From: an uncultured bacterium
Lineage (GTDB): Bacteria; Patescibacteriota; Minisyncoccia; UBA6257; 2-01-FULL-56-20
Direction of reading: 5' to 3'
Length of the DNA: 64,000 nucleotides
Assembly: GCA_963719425.1 (NCBI GenBank)
Contig: OY970382.1
Location: 586,880-650,879 of the forward strand
The notes beneath the pieces were generated by a model, which saw nothing but the letters and a program-made list of their open reading frames with translations, was not told where the DNA came from and searched no databases. How positions within the stretch are numbered: the stretch's first letter is position 1; each line of letters opens with the position of its first letter. Shown here piece by piece: positions 8,608 through 17,229 of this stretch. The position numbers and the translations under genes are program-made.

Positions 8608-9807
8608 TTAGTGCATAAGGCCCCACGTCGCGGGGTCCAAATCCCCATCCGCCTTAAAAAGCATTGCTCCGCGAAGCCCGTATTTCTTGGCTAATGCAAT
8701 CTTATCCGCCGTTGATTGCGCATCGCTGAAGGAGACAAAAAAAGTAGTGGAGGCATTGGGATTTGTCGTCACGAGTGCGGTAGGAAGCGTGGAAGCGACA
8801 ATGGAAGTCAAGCTGGGATCGGCATCTATGTGTGTGCTGGAAGCAAAAGTGAAACTCAACTCACCGGCATTATTGCGGTACGGCGCGATGCCCAAACTGT
8901 CCGCCCGGTCCATCGCCTGGAAAAACGTAAAGCTGCGCACCCTCTCGTACGTGGTCGCCCCCATGTTCCATGAAACCTGATATTCGTAACCGTAGGTCGG
9001 GATGCCGAGTATAACTTTTTTCGGGCTAATCGTCGTGATCGTATTCTTGATCACTTTTTCCACCCATGCCGGATCCGCGGTCGGCGCGTAGAGTGTGCCG
9101 TTCCCTTTTGACGCATCAAGTTTGACGTCAATCGTTCCTTGGTCGTAGGCCATGACGCGCACCTCGTCGCAATATTTATTGAGCACGGCGTAATCTTCCG
9201 CATATTGGACCGTAGGTAATGGGTTTGAATCATAGAGTGAACTCACGGGTGTTCGCGGCAGAACGGTACAGGCAAGCGCCTTGTTCGCCGGGTGCAACCG
9301 GAGTGCGAGCCCATAGATAAAAAGAGAATAATACGGCTTCGTGCTGGATGACATTCCTTCAAAATCAATATCAATCCCGTCAAATTTTTCCGATTTCACA
9401 AGCGTGGCAATCGTATCCTCTTCCGCTTGGCGTTTCTTAGTATTGGAGAGCAGCTTATAAATGTTTGTGGTGTCAAACCAAGCAATGGTGGGAATGATCT
9501 TCACGCCCGCGTCGCGGACGGCACCGAACCACGCGTCCCATGAACCGTTGCCGATGTTGAGGTCGTCAATCAATGCGCCGCTTGAATTCAGTTCATAGGA
9601 AAACGGGCTCACCTCGTGAAGGGTGCTAAGGTTCACCGCGATGTTCGCCGCACCATTTTGGCTCTCCCAAAACGGCAGCCAGACGCCGTAGTAGAATGGC
9701 GTCTTTGCGGCCGCGTGCGCCGTTGCCATCCCTGCCGCACCCGAGAAAATTGCGGCCGGAACCGCAAGGATCGCTATAAAAATTGTGGCGATGATTTTCG
9801 TTTTCAT
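8608..9807 (-). CDS. secreted glycoside hydrolase family 18 protein (chitinase/ENGase-like)
   Basis: N-terminal signal peptide. GH18 catalytic motif FDGIDIDFEG (DGxDxDxE). Confidence 0.65.
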   Translation of the reverse strand: MKTKIIATIFIAILAVPAAIFSGAAGMATAHAAAKTPFYYGVWLPFWESQNGAANIAVNLSTLHEVSPFSYELNSSGALIDDLNIGNGSWDAWFGAVRDAGVKIIPTIAWFDTTNIYKLLSNTKKRQAEEDTIATLVKSEKFDGIDIDFEGMSSSTKPYYSLFIYGLALRLHPANKALACTVLPRTPVSSLYDSNPLPTVQYAEDYAVLNKYCDEVRVMAYDQGTIDVKLDASKGNGTLYAPTADPAWVEKVIKNTITTISPKKVILGIPTYGYEYQVSWNMGATTYERVRSFTFFQAMDRADSLGIAPYRNNAGELSFTFASSTHIDADPSLTSIVASTLPTALVTTNPNASTTFFVSFSDAQSTADKIALAKKYGLRGAMLFKADGDLDPATWGLMH

Positions 9808-9815
9808 GCTTGTTC

Positions 9816-10703
9816 CTATGTGATAAATCCTTCCCGCACGAGTGCGCGCACGATTTTCCGAATCCGCGGAAGGGGTTCTTTTATTTCCCGGTTGATCTTC
9901 CGAACGAGCGATGCCCGAGAAATATTTCCCAAGCCCCGCCCCAAAAGTAATATCCGCAATATTTTACCACGCAACTCGCGGTCCGAGCCAGCAAACCGCG
10001 GCTGCGGCCCATAATGAGCGCTTCTCCGATTCGGATTTTCGATGCTGCGCCCGCGGCGTACGCCAGCATTGCCACCTCCCCTGCCAGTCCGGGTTGCTGC
10101 GCCGAGCATCGCGCCGTAATCCATAAGCGCCCAATACCACTCGCGCACGTTCTTCCGTGGCAGGGTCCGTTTGATATAACACGCAAGCTCCCGATCAGTT
10201 ACCCGCTGTCGGCCCGTTCGGCGCGAAAGGAGCGATCGGCGCGAAAAGAAAAAATGGATGAAGACGCGGCGGACGTTCGTTTCAATAAAAATTTCCGGTT
10301 CGTTCCACACAAACGCGCGGATGGCGCCCGCCGTCGCCTTCCCTATTCCGGGCAGCGATTCAAGTTCAGCGCGGTTGCGCGGGAGTTCGCCGTTAAATTT
10401 TTCTAAAATAATCCTTGACAGGCGCTGGAGCGCAAGTGCGCGGCGGTTGTATCCCATCCCCTGCCATGCGCGGAGCACCTCCACCGTCCTTGCCCGCGCG
10501 AGCACCCGGAAATTCGGAAATTTTTTTATGAAAATCGGATAAAACTTCATCACCCGCGCGACCTGCGTCTGCTGAAGCATGATCTCCGAAACCAAAATAC
10601 GGTACGGATCGCGCGTCCGCCGCCAGGGCATTCGGCGCCCCTTATGGCGGTAATAATCCCAGATAATCCTTCTAAAATGGGCCATGGACATCGTTTTTAT
10701 CAT
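9816..10703 (-). CDS. HhH-GPD superfamily DNA glycosylase (MutY/Nth-like), apparently without Fe-S cluster cysteines
   Basis: MPWRRTRDPYRILVSEIMLQQTQVARV...LESLPGIGKATAGAI is the HhH-GPD core. The C-terminus is basic with no CxnC cluster. Possible starts are 10703, 10691 and 10685. The ORF opens at 10892. Confidence 0.75.
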   Translation of the reverse strand: MIKTMSMAHFRRIIWDYYRHKGRRMPWRRTRDPYRILVSEIMLQQTQVARVMKFYPIFIKKFPNFRVLARARTVEVLRAWQGMGYNRRALALQRLSRIILEKFNGELPRNRAELESLPGIGKATAGAIRAFVWNEPEIFIETNVRRVFIHFFFSRRSLLSRRTGRQRVTDRELACYIKRTLPRKNVREWYWALMDYGAMLGAATRTGRGGGNAGVRRGRSIENPNRRSAHYGPQPRFAGSDRELRGKILRILLLGRGLGNISRASLVRKINREIKEPLPRIRKIVRALVREGFIT

Positions 10704-10730
10704 AAACCAAAATCGGAGCCCCCGCGGGGC

Positions 10731-10760
10731 TTGCAATATTTGGCACCGTTGTGGTATAAT
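10731..10760 (+). promoter_or_regulatory. sigma70-type promoter (TTGCAA, 18 nt spacer, TGG-TATAAT extended -10)
   Basis: Near-consensus hexamers with an extended -10. It sits about 185 nt upstream of the RRM-protein gene. Confidence 0.5.
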
Positions 10761-10797
10761 ACAAACGTTGTAAGTGTTCTTAGTAGGTTTGGCTTGT

Positions 10798-10843
10798 CCA
10801 GCCGTAGTTTTGCCCGTGACTTCGTGGGTAAAACTACGGCCGG
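10798..10843. repeat. palindromic hairpin element CCAGCCGTAGTTTT...AAAACTACGGCCGG (copy 1 of 2)
   Basis: 14-bp stem with one mismatch and an 18-nt loop. The same arm sequence recurs at 26145-26176. Confidence 0.6.
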
Positions 10844-10944
10844 ATGAGAGAGCAGAGGAGAAGTAGGTCGCCTTACACAAAAATAGCAACACAGAGAACT
10901 CGGCACCAAATTGTTTTCGCGAGAAGGCGCTGGGTTTATATTGA

Positions 10945-11247
10945 ATGGCTACAAAATTATACGTTGGGGGTTTGCCCTACACCACGACGCAGGATGAGCT
11001 TCAGAATGCGTTCGCGCAGGCCGGCACCGTTTCGTCCACGACCATCATCGTGGACAAGATGACGGGCCGCTCGCGCGGGTTCGGTTTCGTCGAAATGGCG
11101 TCCGACGAGGACGCCCAGAAGGCGATCGAGATGTGGAACGGCAAGGACTTCGGCGGCCGCAAGTTGACCGTGAACGAAGCAAAGCCCCTTGAGCAGCGCG
11201 CTCCCCGGAGCGGCGGCGGCTACGGCGGCGGACGCCAGAGCTGGTAA
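10945..11247 (+). CDS. RRM-type RNA-binding protein with a Gly-rich tail
   Basis: RNP-2 LYVGGL and RNP-1 RGFGFVEM. C-terminal GGGYGGGR. Confidence 0.9.
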   Translation: MATKLYVGGLPYTTTQDELQNAFAQAGTVSSTTIIVDKMTGRSRGFGFVEMASDEDAQKAIEMWNGKDFGGRKLTVNEAKPLEQRAPRSGGGYGGGRQSW

Positions 11248-11272
11248 ATCTGCTCACTGCAGAAACAAAAAT

Positions 11273-11297
11273 CCCGCAGCAATGCGGGGTTTTTGTT
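11273..11297 (+). terminator. rho-independent terminator
   Basis: CCCGCA-GCAA-TGCGGG followed by GTTTTTGTT. Confidence 0.65.
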
Positions 11298-11469
11298 ATG
11301 TCCTGTTTTGCCTTTTTCGGAACCCGCTCATGACTTCGGAAAATCTAATTCGCTCCCGACGAAAATCCGCCACCCTCTCGCCTTCGGCGGGGGTCCCGGC
11401 AGATTTTCGGTTCGCTCGTTGATTTTTCTCGCCATTCCGCTAGGTTCCTCAAAACTCAAAACAGGACAT
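11298..11469. repeat. about 170-nt intergenic element bounded by a 13-bp inverted repeat (ATGTCCTGTTTTG / CAAAACAGGACAT)
   Basis: Perfect terminal inverted repeat. The interior holds GC hairpins (gccttcggcggggg). It lies between two convergent genes. Confidence 0.5.
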
Positions 11470-11509
11470 ATGCAAAATATCCCGCTTGTCTGCGATGACA
11501 ATTTAATTT

Positions 11510-13294
11510 TCAGACTACCTCCGCCTGATAGCACCGCTCGCAATACACGATCTCCGACCGGCCGGGAGCGTAGGGGGTTTGAAATCTGTTTGGACACGGA
11601 GCTGTACCGTGAAAATGTCTTCCGGTATTTGTGTATTTTTCTTGTTCGGACCATTGTCCCTTGCACATGCAATCCCGCTTCCAGAGCTTAAGCGGGTTTC
11701 GTTCAGCAAGACGTTCATGGTGCCGACAGTTCGGGCATAATCGCGGAAGCGGTATATTGAGCTGGCGGTAGAACTGTAATTCGCGCGGAACAATACGAAA
11801 CGCAGTCGTACACTGTTCATTGCACGCACCCTTGTGAGCGCAGCCTATAATGTCTTCCGTGATTTTGTCAGGTACGTCGCGAATATGATCTGGAAGGGTA
11901 TCGGGTTGCTTCGTGATTTGGTAATCCCTTCCACCTTCATTTTTCCAATAAAACCCTTTTGCTTTTGCATCTGCTTCCGCCAGCGTAAAGTACTCTTGCG
12001 CAACTGTTTCGTTGTATCCAAAAGGCGACAGGTCGGGAGGGAAAAACTCACCGTATTGGTACGTTCGCCCGTTCTGATCCTGATATGGCGAGGTGTTCAT
12101 GTGCTCGATAATCTTAGGAAGGAGAATTTCGTATTTTTCTTGGTCGTACTGCTTGTTCAAAATGCAGTGCGCGTTATTTCGCATTCCTACACACCCAAAT
12201 AGGTGCGACGAGTGTCCGCAGAAGGCGGTGTATTGAATATCTTGGTTGTTACCTCCCTCAGCGCCGTGAACGTTGAACCTGATCATAGCGCTGAAGGAAA
12301 TTCCTGCCCCTTGGGATTCGTAAATAAGCTGCGTATTTGATCCGCCGCTCACATCCATGGAATCTTTGATAAATGGTGCCCGCCACATGTACGCAGCATC
12401 CTCGAGGTCGTGGCTGCTGAAGGACATGCGGGCATTTTTTGAGTTGATGAGGTCGTCTCCTGTGCAATTACTGCAGTTCACCAGGGAGGCATATTTGTGC
12501 AACGCCCTCGCAGTGAGCGAAGTAAATTCTTCTATGAGCTTCGTTTGGGTATGGTAGCTGCCGAGATCGAGCTTTTCCAACTCTGCAAGATACTCTTCTT
12601 TTGTGCGTGGCATGTTTCTGATGCAGAATTCTTTGTTTCGGAGATTGGTACACAGGAAACAGTTGCGACAATTGTAGCACTCATAGAGAAATGATGAGTC
12701 AATACAATTACTGGAGTGTAAGGCGAAAGCGCAATTGTAGTTCTTGTAGCTCAGGACACTCTGGTATACGTTTTCCGAACTGGTGACGTCGAAGCTGTCG
12801 AATACAATTCTCGACTTGTCAACGTCTTTCGAGTAGTAGATCTCTTCCGAGCCGATGGCGGAGTACGATAGGTACACCGCATTACAATCCCGCAGGATGT
12901 TCCCGGCGAAGGGAGAATTCTTCACGTTGGTTTGGGAAATGTTTTGCCGTGGAACGACGGACCAAAGCGTCCGCAGTTGTTTGAAAAAGGGAGTATCCCA
13001 GTCATAATCACGGCCGTACGTAGCGGCATCCCACTTATCCGACAACCAGCATTCGGTGCAGTAGACGGGAAACGGTAAATTTTCTGCGTACATTGAGAGC
13101 ATTTTATTACCACACAGGCCGCAGTTTCGCATATGCAAAAAGCGTTCATTACGGAAAAGCAGTCGTCGAATCATACGGCACTCCGGGCACCACGTCGGCG
13201 GCGGGACCCTTATCTTCTTGTAAAAGTCAAAATCCTCCGGCTCAATCACGAACTGGATTTTGCAATTTTGGCAAAAACGTACCTCAGACTCCAT
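11510..13294 (-). CDS. hypothetical cysteine-rich protein with multiple CxxC zinc-ribbon motifs (594 aa)
   Basis: CQNC...CPEC, CGLC...CTEC, CYNCRNCFLC, CSNC, CPNC...CERC. Long intact ORF with no recognised family. Confidence 0.6.
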   Translation of the reverse strand: MESEVRFCQNCKIQFVIEPEDFDFYKKIRVPPPTWCPECRMIRRLLFRNERFLHMRNCGLCGNKMLSMYAENLPFPVYCTECWLSDKWDAATYGRDYDWDTPFFKQLRTLWSVVPRQNISQTNVKNSPFAGNILRDCNAVYLSYSAIGSEEIYYSKDVDKSRIVFDSFDVTSSENVYQSVLSYKNYNCAFALHSSNCIDSSFLYECYNCRNCFLCTNLRNKEFCIRNMPRTKEEYLAELEKLDLGSYHTQTKLIEEFTSLTARALHKYASLVNCSNCTGDDLINSKNARMSFSSHDLEDAAYMWRAPFIKDSMDVSGGSNTQLIYESQGAGISFSAMIRFNVHGAEGGNNQDIQYTAFCGHSSHLFGCVGMRNNAHCILNKQYDQEKYEILLPKIIEHMNTSPYQDQNGRTYQYGEFFPPDLSPFGYNETVAQEYFTLAEADAKAKGFYWKNEGGRDYQITKQPDTLPDHIRDVPDKITEDIIGCAHKGACNEQCTTAFRIVPRELQFYRQLNIPLPRLCPNCRHHERLAERNPLKLWKRDCMCKGQWSEQEKYTNTGRHFHGTAPCPNRFQTPYAPGRSEIVYCERCYQAEVV

Positions 13295-13368
13295 ACAACC
13301 TCATTCTACCAAAGTCCGCTCCAGCGCCGCGGCTCGCTCTCCGCCTCACGCGGTGGTAAAATGAACAC

Positions 13369-14418
13369 ATGGAAATCGCGCTCTTCGCTATCATTATTAT
13401 CATCCTCGCCGCAATCGCCTGGCGGCTCTGGAAACCGCGGGCGGCGCAACCAAAGCAGGATAACCAGGCGCTGCTTCTTATCCAAAACCAGATCCAGGAC
13501 CAGCAAAAACAGATCCAACATCAGATGAGCGATCTTTCGCGGACGCTTGATACGCGGCTCGGCGATTCCACGAAGACCATGCTCGCACAGTCGGACAAAA
13601 GCGTGCAAATCGTAAAGGAAATCACGGGCGAGATCACGAAAGTAACCGAAGGACAAAAACAGATCGCCTCACTCGCCGACCAATTGAAAGGACTGCAGGA
13701 TATTTTGAAAAATCCGAAACAGCGCGGCGTGCTCGGAGAATATTTTTTGGAAACGGTTTTGAAGAATGTCCTTCCGCCCGGCGCCTACCAACTGCAGTAT
13801 CCCTTTGCCGATGGGACAAAAGTGGACGCTGTCATTTTCTATCAGGACCGCGTGATCCCGATTGACTCAAAGTTCAGTCTGGAAAATTACAATCGTTTTG
13901 TGGGCGCGGCCACCGACGAGGAACGCAAGCGCTACGAAGACGCCCTGCGCATGGACCTCAAAACGCGCATTGACGAAACCGCAAAATACATCAAGCCCGC
14001 CGAGGATACGCTGGACTTCGCCTTTATGTTTATCCCGTCGGAGGCGCTTTACTACGACCTCCTTGTGAACAAGATCGGCGCTGCCGCCGAACGCGACCTT
14101 ATCCAATACGCGGGCGAGAAGCGTGTCTATCCTGTTTCCCCCACCACGTTCTACGCCTACCTCCAGATGGCGCTCCAAGGAATCCGCCAAATGGAGATCA
14201 ATAAATCCGCCGAGCGAATTCGCAAAAACGTTGGCGAACTGCAACGCCACCTGGAACGTTACGAGGAGTATCTGGAAAAAATCGGTTCACACCTTTCGAC
14301 CACCACAAACGCCTACAACACCGCCTACAAAGAATTCGGAAAGATAGACAAAGACATATTAAAAATCGGCGCGAGCGCCGAGTTGGATAAAGAGGAAGAA
14401 CCGGAGAAACTGCCCTAG
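13369..14418 (+). CDS. rmuC: DNA recombination protein RmuC
   Basis: N-terminal TM helix, coiled-coil and a C-terminal RmuC-like nuclease domain (IPIDSKFSLE...FMFIPSEALY). Confidence 0.8.
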   Translation: MEIALFAIIIIILAAIAWRLWKPRAAQPKQDNQALLLIQNQIQDQQKQIQHQMSDLSRTLDTRLGDSTKTMLAQSDKSVQIVKEITGEITKVTEGQKQIASLADQLKGLQDILKNPKQRGVLGEYFLETVLKNVLPPGAYQLQYPFADGTKVDAVIFYQDRVIPIDSKFSLENYNRFVGAATDEERKRYEDALRMDLKTRIDETAKYIKPAEDTLDFAFMFIPSEALYYDLLVNKIGAAAERDLIQYAGEKRVYPVSPTTFYAYLQMALQGIRQMEINKSAERIRKNVGELQRHLERYEEYLEKIGSHLSTTTNAYNTAYKEFGKIDKDILKIGASAELDKEEEPEKLP

Positions 14419-14421
14419 TTG

Positions 14422-15720
14422 TTACTTCTTCCTGCGCCGGAGGAACGCGGGGATATCCCACGCGTCGCTTTCCTTCTCTTTCTTTTCTTTGCTTGATTTT
14501 GACTCGGCGGGAGCGGAGGCTTTTGCGGGAGCGTCTATGGAGGAGAAAATCTCGCTGTCCGAAGACCGTTCGCGTTCGCTACGGGCTGTGGCGGCAGCTT
14601 CCTTCCCTGCCTGCGGCTTCTTTGTTGAAAACGATTCAAGCGCGGGCGATCCGGCGCCAGGCCGGGCGCCTCCGCCGCCGCTCGTCCCGCCGCCGAACAT
14701 GCCCGGTTGCCGCTCGTAGTGGCTCCCGCTCCCGCCGAAGAGCGCGGTCGTAGAACCCCCGTTGAAACCTGCGGCAATCACGGTTATTTTGATCTGCCCG
14801 TGCTTCAAATTGCGATCGTGATACGCGCCGAAGATGATGCGCGCGCCGGCGTCGGCGGTCTGCGCGACGATCTTCGCCGCTTCATTGATCTCGGTCATCT
14901 TCAAATCTCGTCCCCCCGATATTCCCAAGAGCACCGCTTTTGCGCCTTCGGGACTCGTCTCCAAAAGCGGCGAGTGGAGCGCTTGGTTCACTGCCGCAAC
15001 GGCGCGGTCCTGACCGCTCGCTACGGCCACACCGATAATCGTCACCCCTGCGTCCTGCATGATGTTCTTCACGTCGGCGAAATCCACGTTGATAATGCCG
15101 GGTATTGCGATAATCTCCACGATCCCCTTGAGCGCTTTCCGTAAAATGTCGTCAATCGCCTCAAACGCCTTTATGATCGGCGTGTCCTTGCTGATCACCG
15201 TGAAGATGCGGTCGTTCGGGACGACGATGAGCGCATCCACTTTGTCGCGCAATTTCATAAGTCCCTCTGCGGCAATTCGTTCGCGCTGACTCCCCTCAAA
15301 GGTGAACGGCTTTGTGACAACGGCAATCGTGAGCGCCCCTGCCTGCTTTGCGGCTTCGGCAACTATAGGCGTGGCACCCGTGCCGGTGCCGCCGCCGAAC
15401 CCCGCCGCGAGAAACACGAGATCAGCTCCCTTCACGATCTCGCCGATTTCGGAGCGGTTTTCTTCCGCGGCCTGCCTGCCGAGATCGGGATTCATGCCCG
15501 TCCCCAACCCCTTCGTAAGCCCCTTCCCTATATATAACCGGTGTTTGACGTTGCAGTGATCAAGGTCCTGGTGGTCGGTGTTGATCGCCACGAAATCAAC
15601 GCCGCGAATGAAGTCACGCGCCATTCGCGCGACCGCGTTCCCCCCTCCCCCGCCAATGCCAATCACTTTGACGTTCGTCGCAAGGGGTTGGAATTTCTCT
15701 TTCTTTTTAGAGGAAGCCAT
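14422..15720 (-). CDS. ftsZ: cell division GTPase FtsZ
   Basis: GIGGGGGNAV, the tubulin signature GGGTGTG and the C-terminal DIPAFLRR peptide. Confidence 0.95.
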   Translation of the reverse strand: MASSKKKEKFQPLATNVKVIGIGGGGGNAVARMARDFIRGVDFVAINTDHQDLDHCNVKHRLYIGKGLTKGLGTGMNPDLGRQAAEENRSEIGEIVKGADLVFLAAGFGGGTGTGATPIVAEAAKQAGALTIAVVTKPFTFEGSQRERIAAEGLMKLRDKVDALIVVPNDRIFTVISKDTPIIKAFEAIDDILRKALKGIVEIIAIPGIINVDFADVKNIMQDAGVTIIGVAVASGQDRAVAAVNQALHSPLLETSPEGAKAVLLGISGGRDLKMTEINEAAKIVAQTADAGARIIFGAYHDRNLKHGQIKITVIAAGFNGGSTTALFGGSGSHYERQPGMFGGGTSGGGGARPGAGSPALESFSTKKPQAGKEAAATARSERERSSDSEIFSSIDAPAKASAPAESKSSKEKKEKESDAWDIPAFLRRRKK

Positions 15721-15791
15721 TTAACTCAATAATAGCAAATCTTCCCGTGGCGTGCCACCTGTGCATATTTTCTCGAGTCTGCCTCAAACAA

Positions 15792-17036
15792 CTACGGCGT
15801 GAAGTAGCGGATGATCTTCCTCAAACCGAACCTGGAGGATGCTCCTTCCTTGTTCCAACCTTCGCCATCCACGCCTGAGAGGACAAGGCCGAAGGCATTT
15901 ACGAATTCGGGATCCTCAAGGAACTCCTTGAAAGGGCCGCCACTTGACTCCCAGTCGTCACTGACCGAGAAGCCGATCTGCGAGGAAAGTTTCATCTCCT
16001 GTTTCGCGAGATCGGTGATGCCGGGAAGCTTCGCGCCGCCGCCCACGAGCACCGCGCCGCCGGGAAGCTCGCCGAACTTTTGGCACAATTTCAGCTCGCC
16101 GTTTACAAGGTCAAAAATCTCCTCAAGGCGCGACTCTATGATCTCGGCCGCAAAGCGCCGCGAGACGGTGTTCTTCGCTTCCGGCAAAAACTTCTTGAGC
16201 TCAATGGACTCTTTGCTGCCAACGTCTTTGGGAAACGCATAGCCGTAATGCAGTTTTATTTCCTCCGCCGCGTCCACGGGAATTTTCAATCCCACGGCAA
16301 GATCGTTGGAAATGTTCCCCGCGCCGACGGGAAACTTCGCGACGTCTACCAGTTTCCCCTCCTCATAGACCGAAAGTCCCGTTGTACCGAAACCGATGTC
16401 CACGAGCGCAGTGCCCAAGTCGCGCTGGCGTTTGGAGAGCGCCGCACGCGCGGCGACGAGCGGTCCGAAGACGAGCCCGGAAACCTCGCCGCCGCCCAGT
16501 TCCACCACGCGGATCAAATTTTTTATGTGCGGCGAGAATGCATCAATGATCAAACTTTGCACCTCCAAACGGCTGCCCGAGAGCCCCAGAGGGTCCGCAA
16601 TCTCCCCCACGCCGTCCACGACGAATTCTTTGACAAGCGTGTGGATGATCGTCCGATTTTGCGGGAGGTTGACCGCCTGCGACGCCCGCACCGCACGGTC
16701 AATATCGTCTTGGTAGATCTCCGCATCAGCGCGCGAGACCGCGACGATCCCGCGCGAGGATTGCATTTTTGCCTGCGGCGTACCGATGGAAATATAAACG
16801 TTTTTGAGCGTTGATTTGGAAACCTTCTTCGCGCCTGCGAGCGCGCGGCTCACGGCCTGTGAAACCTCGCTCATCTCCACGATGGCTCCTTTCCGCATGC
16901 CGTAGCACGGCACTTTCTGCACGTGCACGAGTGCTGGCTTCCCATTGCGCCGTTCGGCAACCGCCACCTTGATGGAAGACGTGCCGAGGTCCAAGCCCGT
17001 CACAAAATTGCCGCCCGAAAGTCCCTTGAGCTTCAT
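15792..17036 (-). CDS. ftsA: cell division protein FtsA
   Basis: Actin-like ATPase (GLDLGTSSIKVAV) located directly upstream of ftsZ. Confidence 0.9.
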   Translation of the reverse strand: MKLKGLSGGNFVTGLDLGTSSIKVAVAERRNGKPALVHVQKVPCYGMRKGAIVEMSEVSQAVSRALAGAKKVSKSTLKNVYISIGTPQAKMQSSRGIVAVSRADAEIYQDDIDRAVRASQAVNLPQNRTIIHTLVKEFVVDGVGEIADPLGLSGSRLEVQSLIIDAFSPHIKNLIRVVELGGGEVSGLVFGPLVAARAALSKRQRDLGTALVDIGFGTTGLSVYEEGKLVDVAKFPVGAGNISNDLAVGLKIPVDAAEEIKLHYGYAFPKDVGSKESIELKKFLPEAKNTVSRRFAAEIIESRLEEIFDLVNGELKLCQKFGELPGGAVLVGGGAKLPGITDLAKQEMKLSSQIGFSVSDDWESSGGPFKEFLEDPEFVNAFGLVLSGVDGEGWNKEGASSRFGLRKIIRYFTP

Positions 17037-17113
17037 ATCCTCCTTATTCTATGCGGCGCGAGGGGCGTCCGCAACTGTGCATTGGGCCGGATTAAAAAAT
17101 TATTAAGGAATAC

Positions 17114-17229
17114 TTGACTTTGTCTCCGTATCGCAATACTGTGCCAATATGCCCGCGCGAGACGTCAGTCTCTATCGGCTCAGCTGGTAGCGGGCATGGT
17201 AAAGAATCTCCTCCGGGAGATTTTTTATT
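17114..17229 (+). ncRNA. candidate small RNA: promoter-like TTGACT-17-TACTGT, then two hairpins, the second a canonical terminator
   Basis: An ATGCCCGC...GCGGGCAT 8-bp stem is followed by AATCTCC-TCCG-GGAGATT plus TTTTTTATT. It lies in the ybeY-ftsA spacer on the opposite strand. Confidence 0.3.

Noticed and set aside
14489-15732. Multiple plus-strand ORFs (14489..14719, 14707..15144, 15302..15559 and others) antisense to ftsZ
   Set aside because: Pro/Arg/Ala-rich shadow ORFs of a GC-rich coding region. ftsZ on the minus strand is unambiguous.
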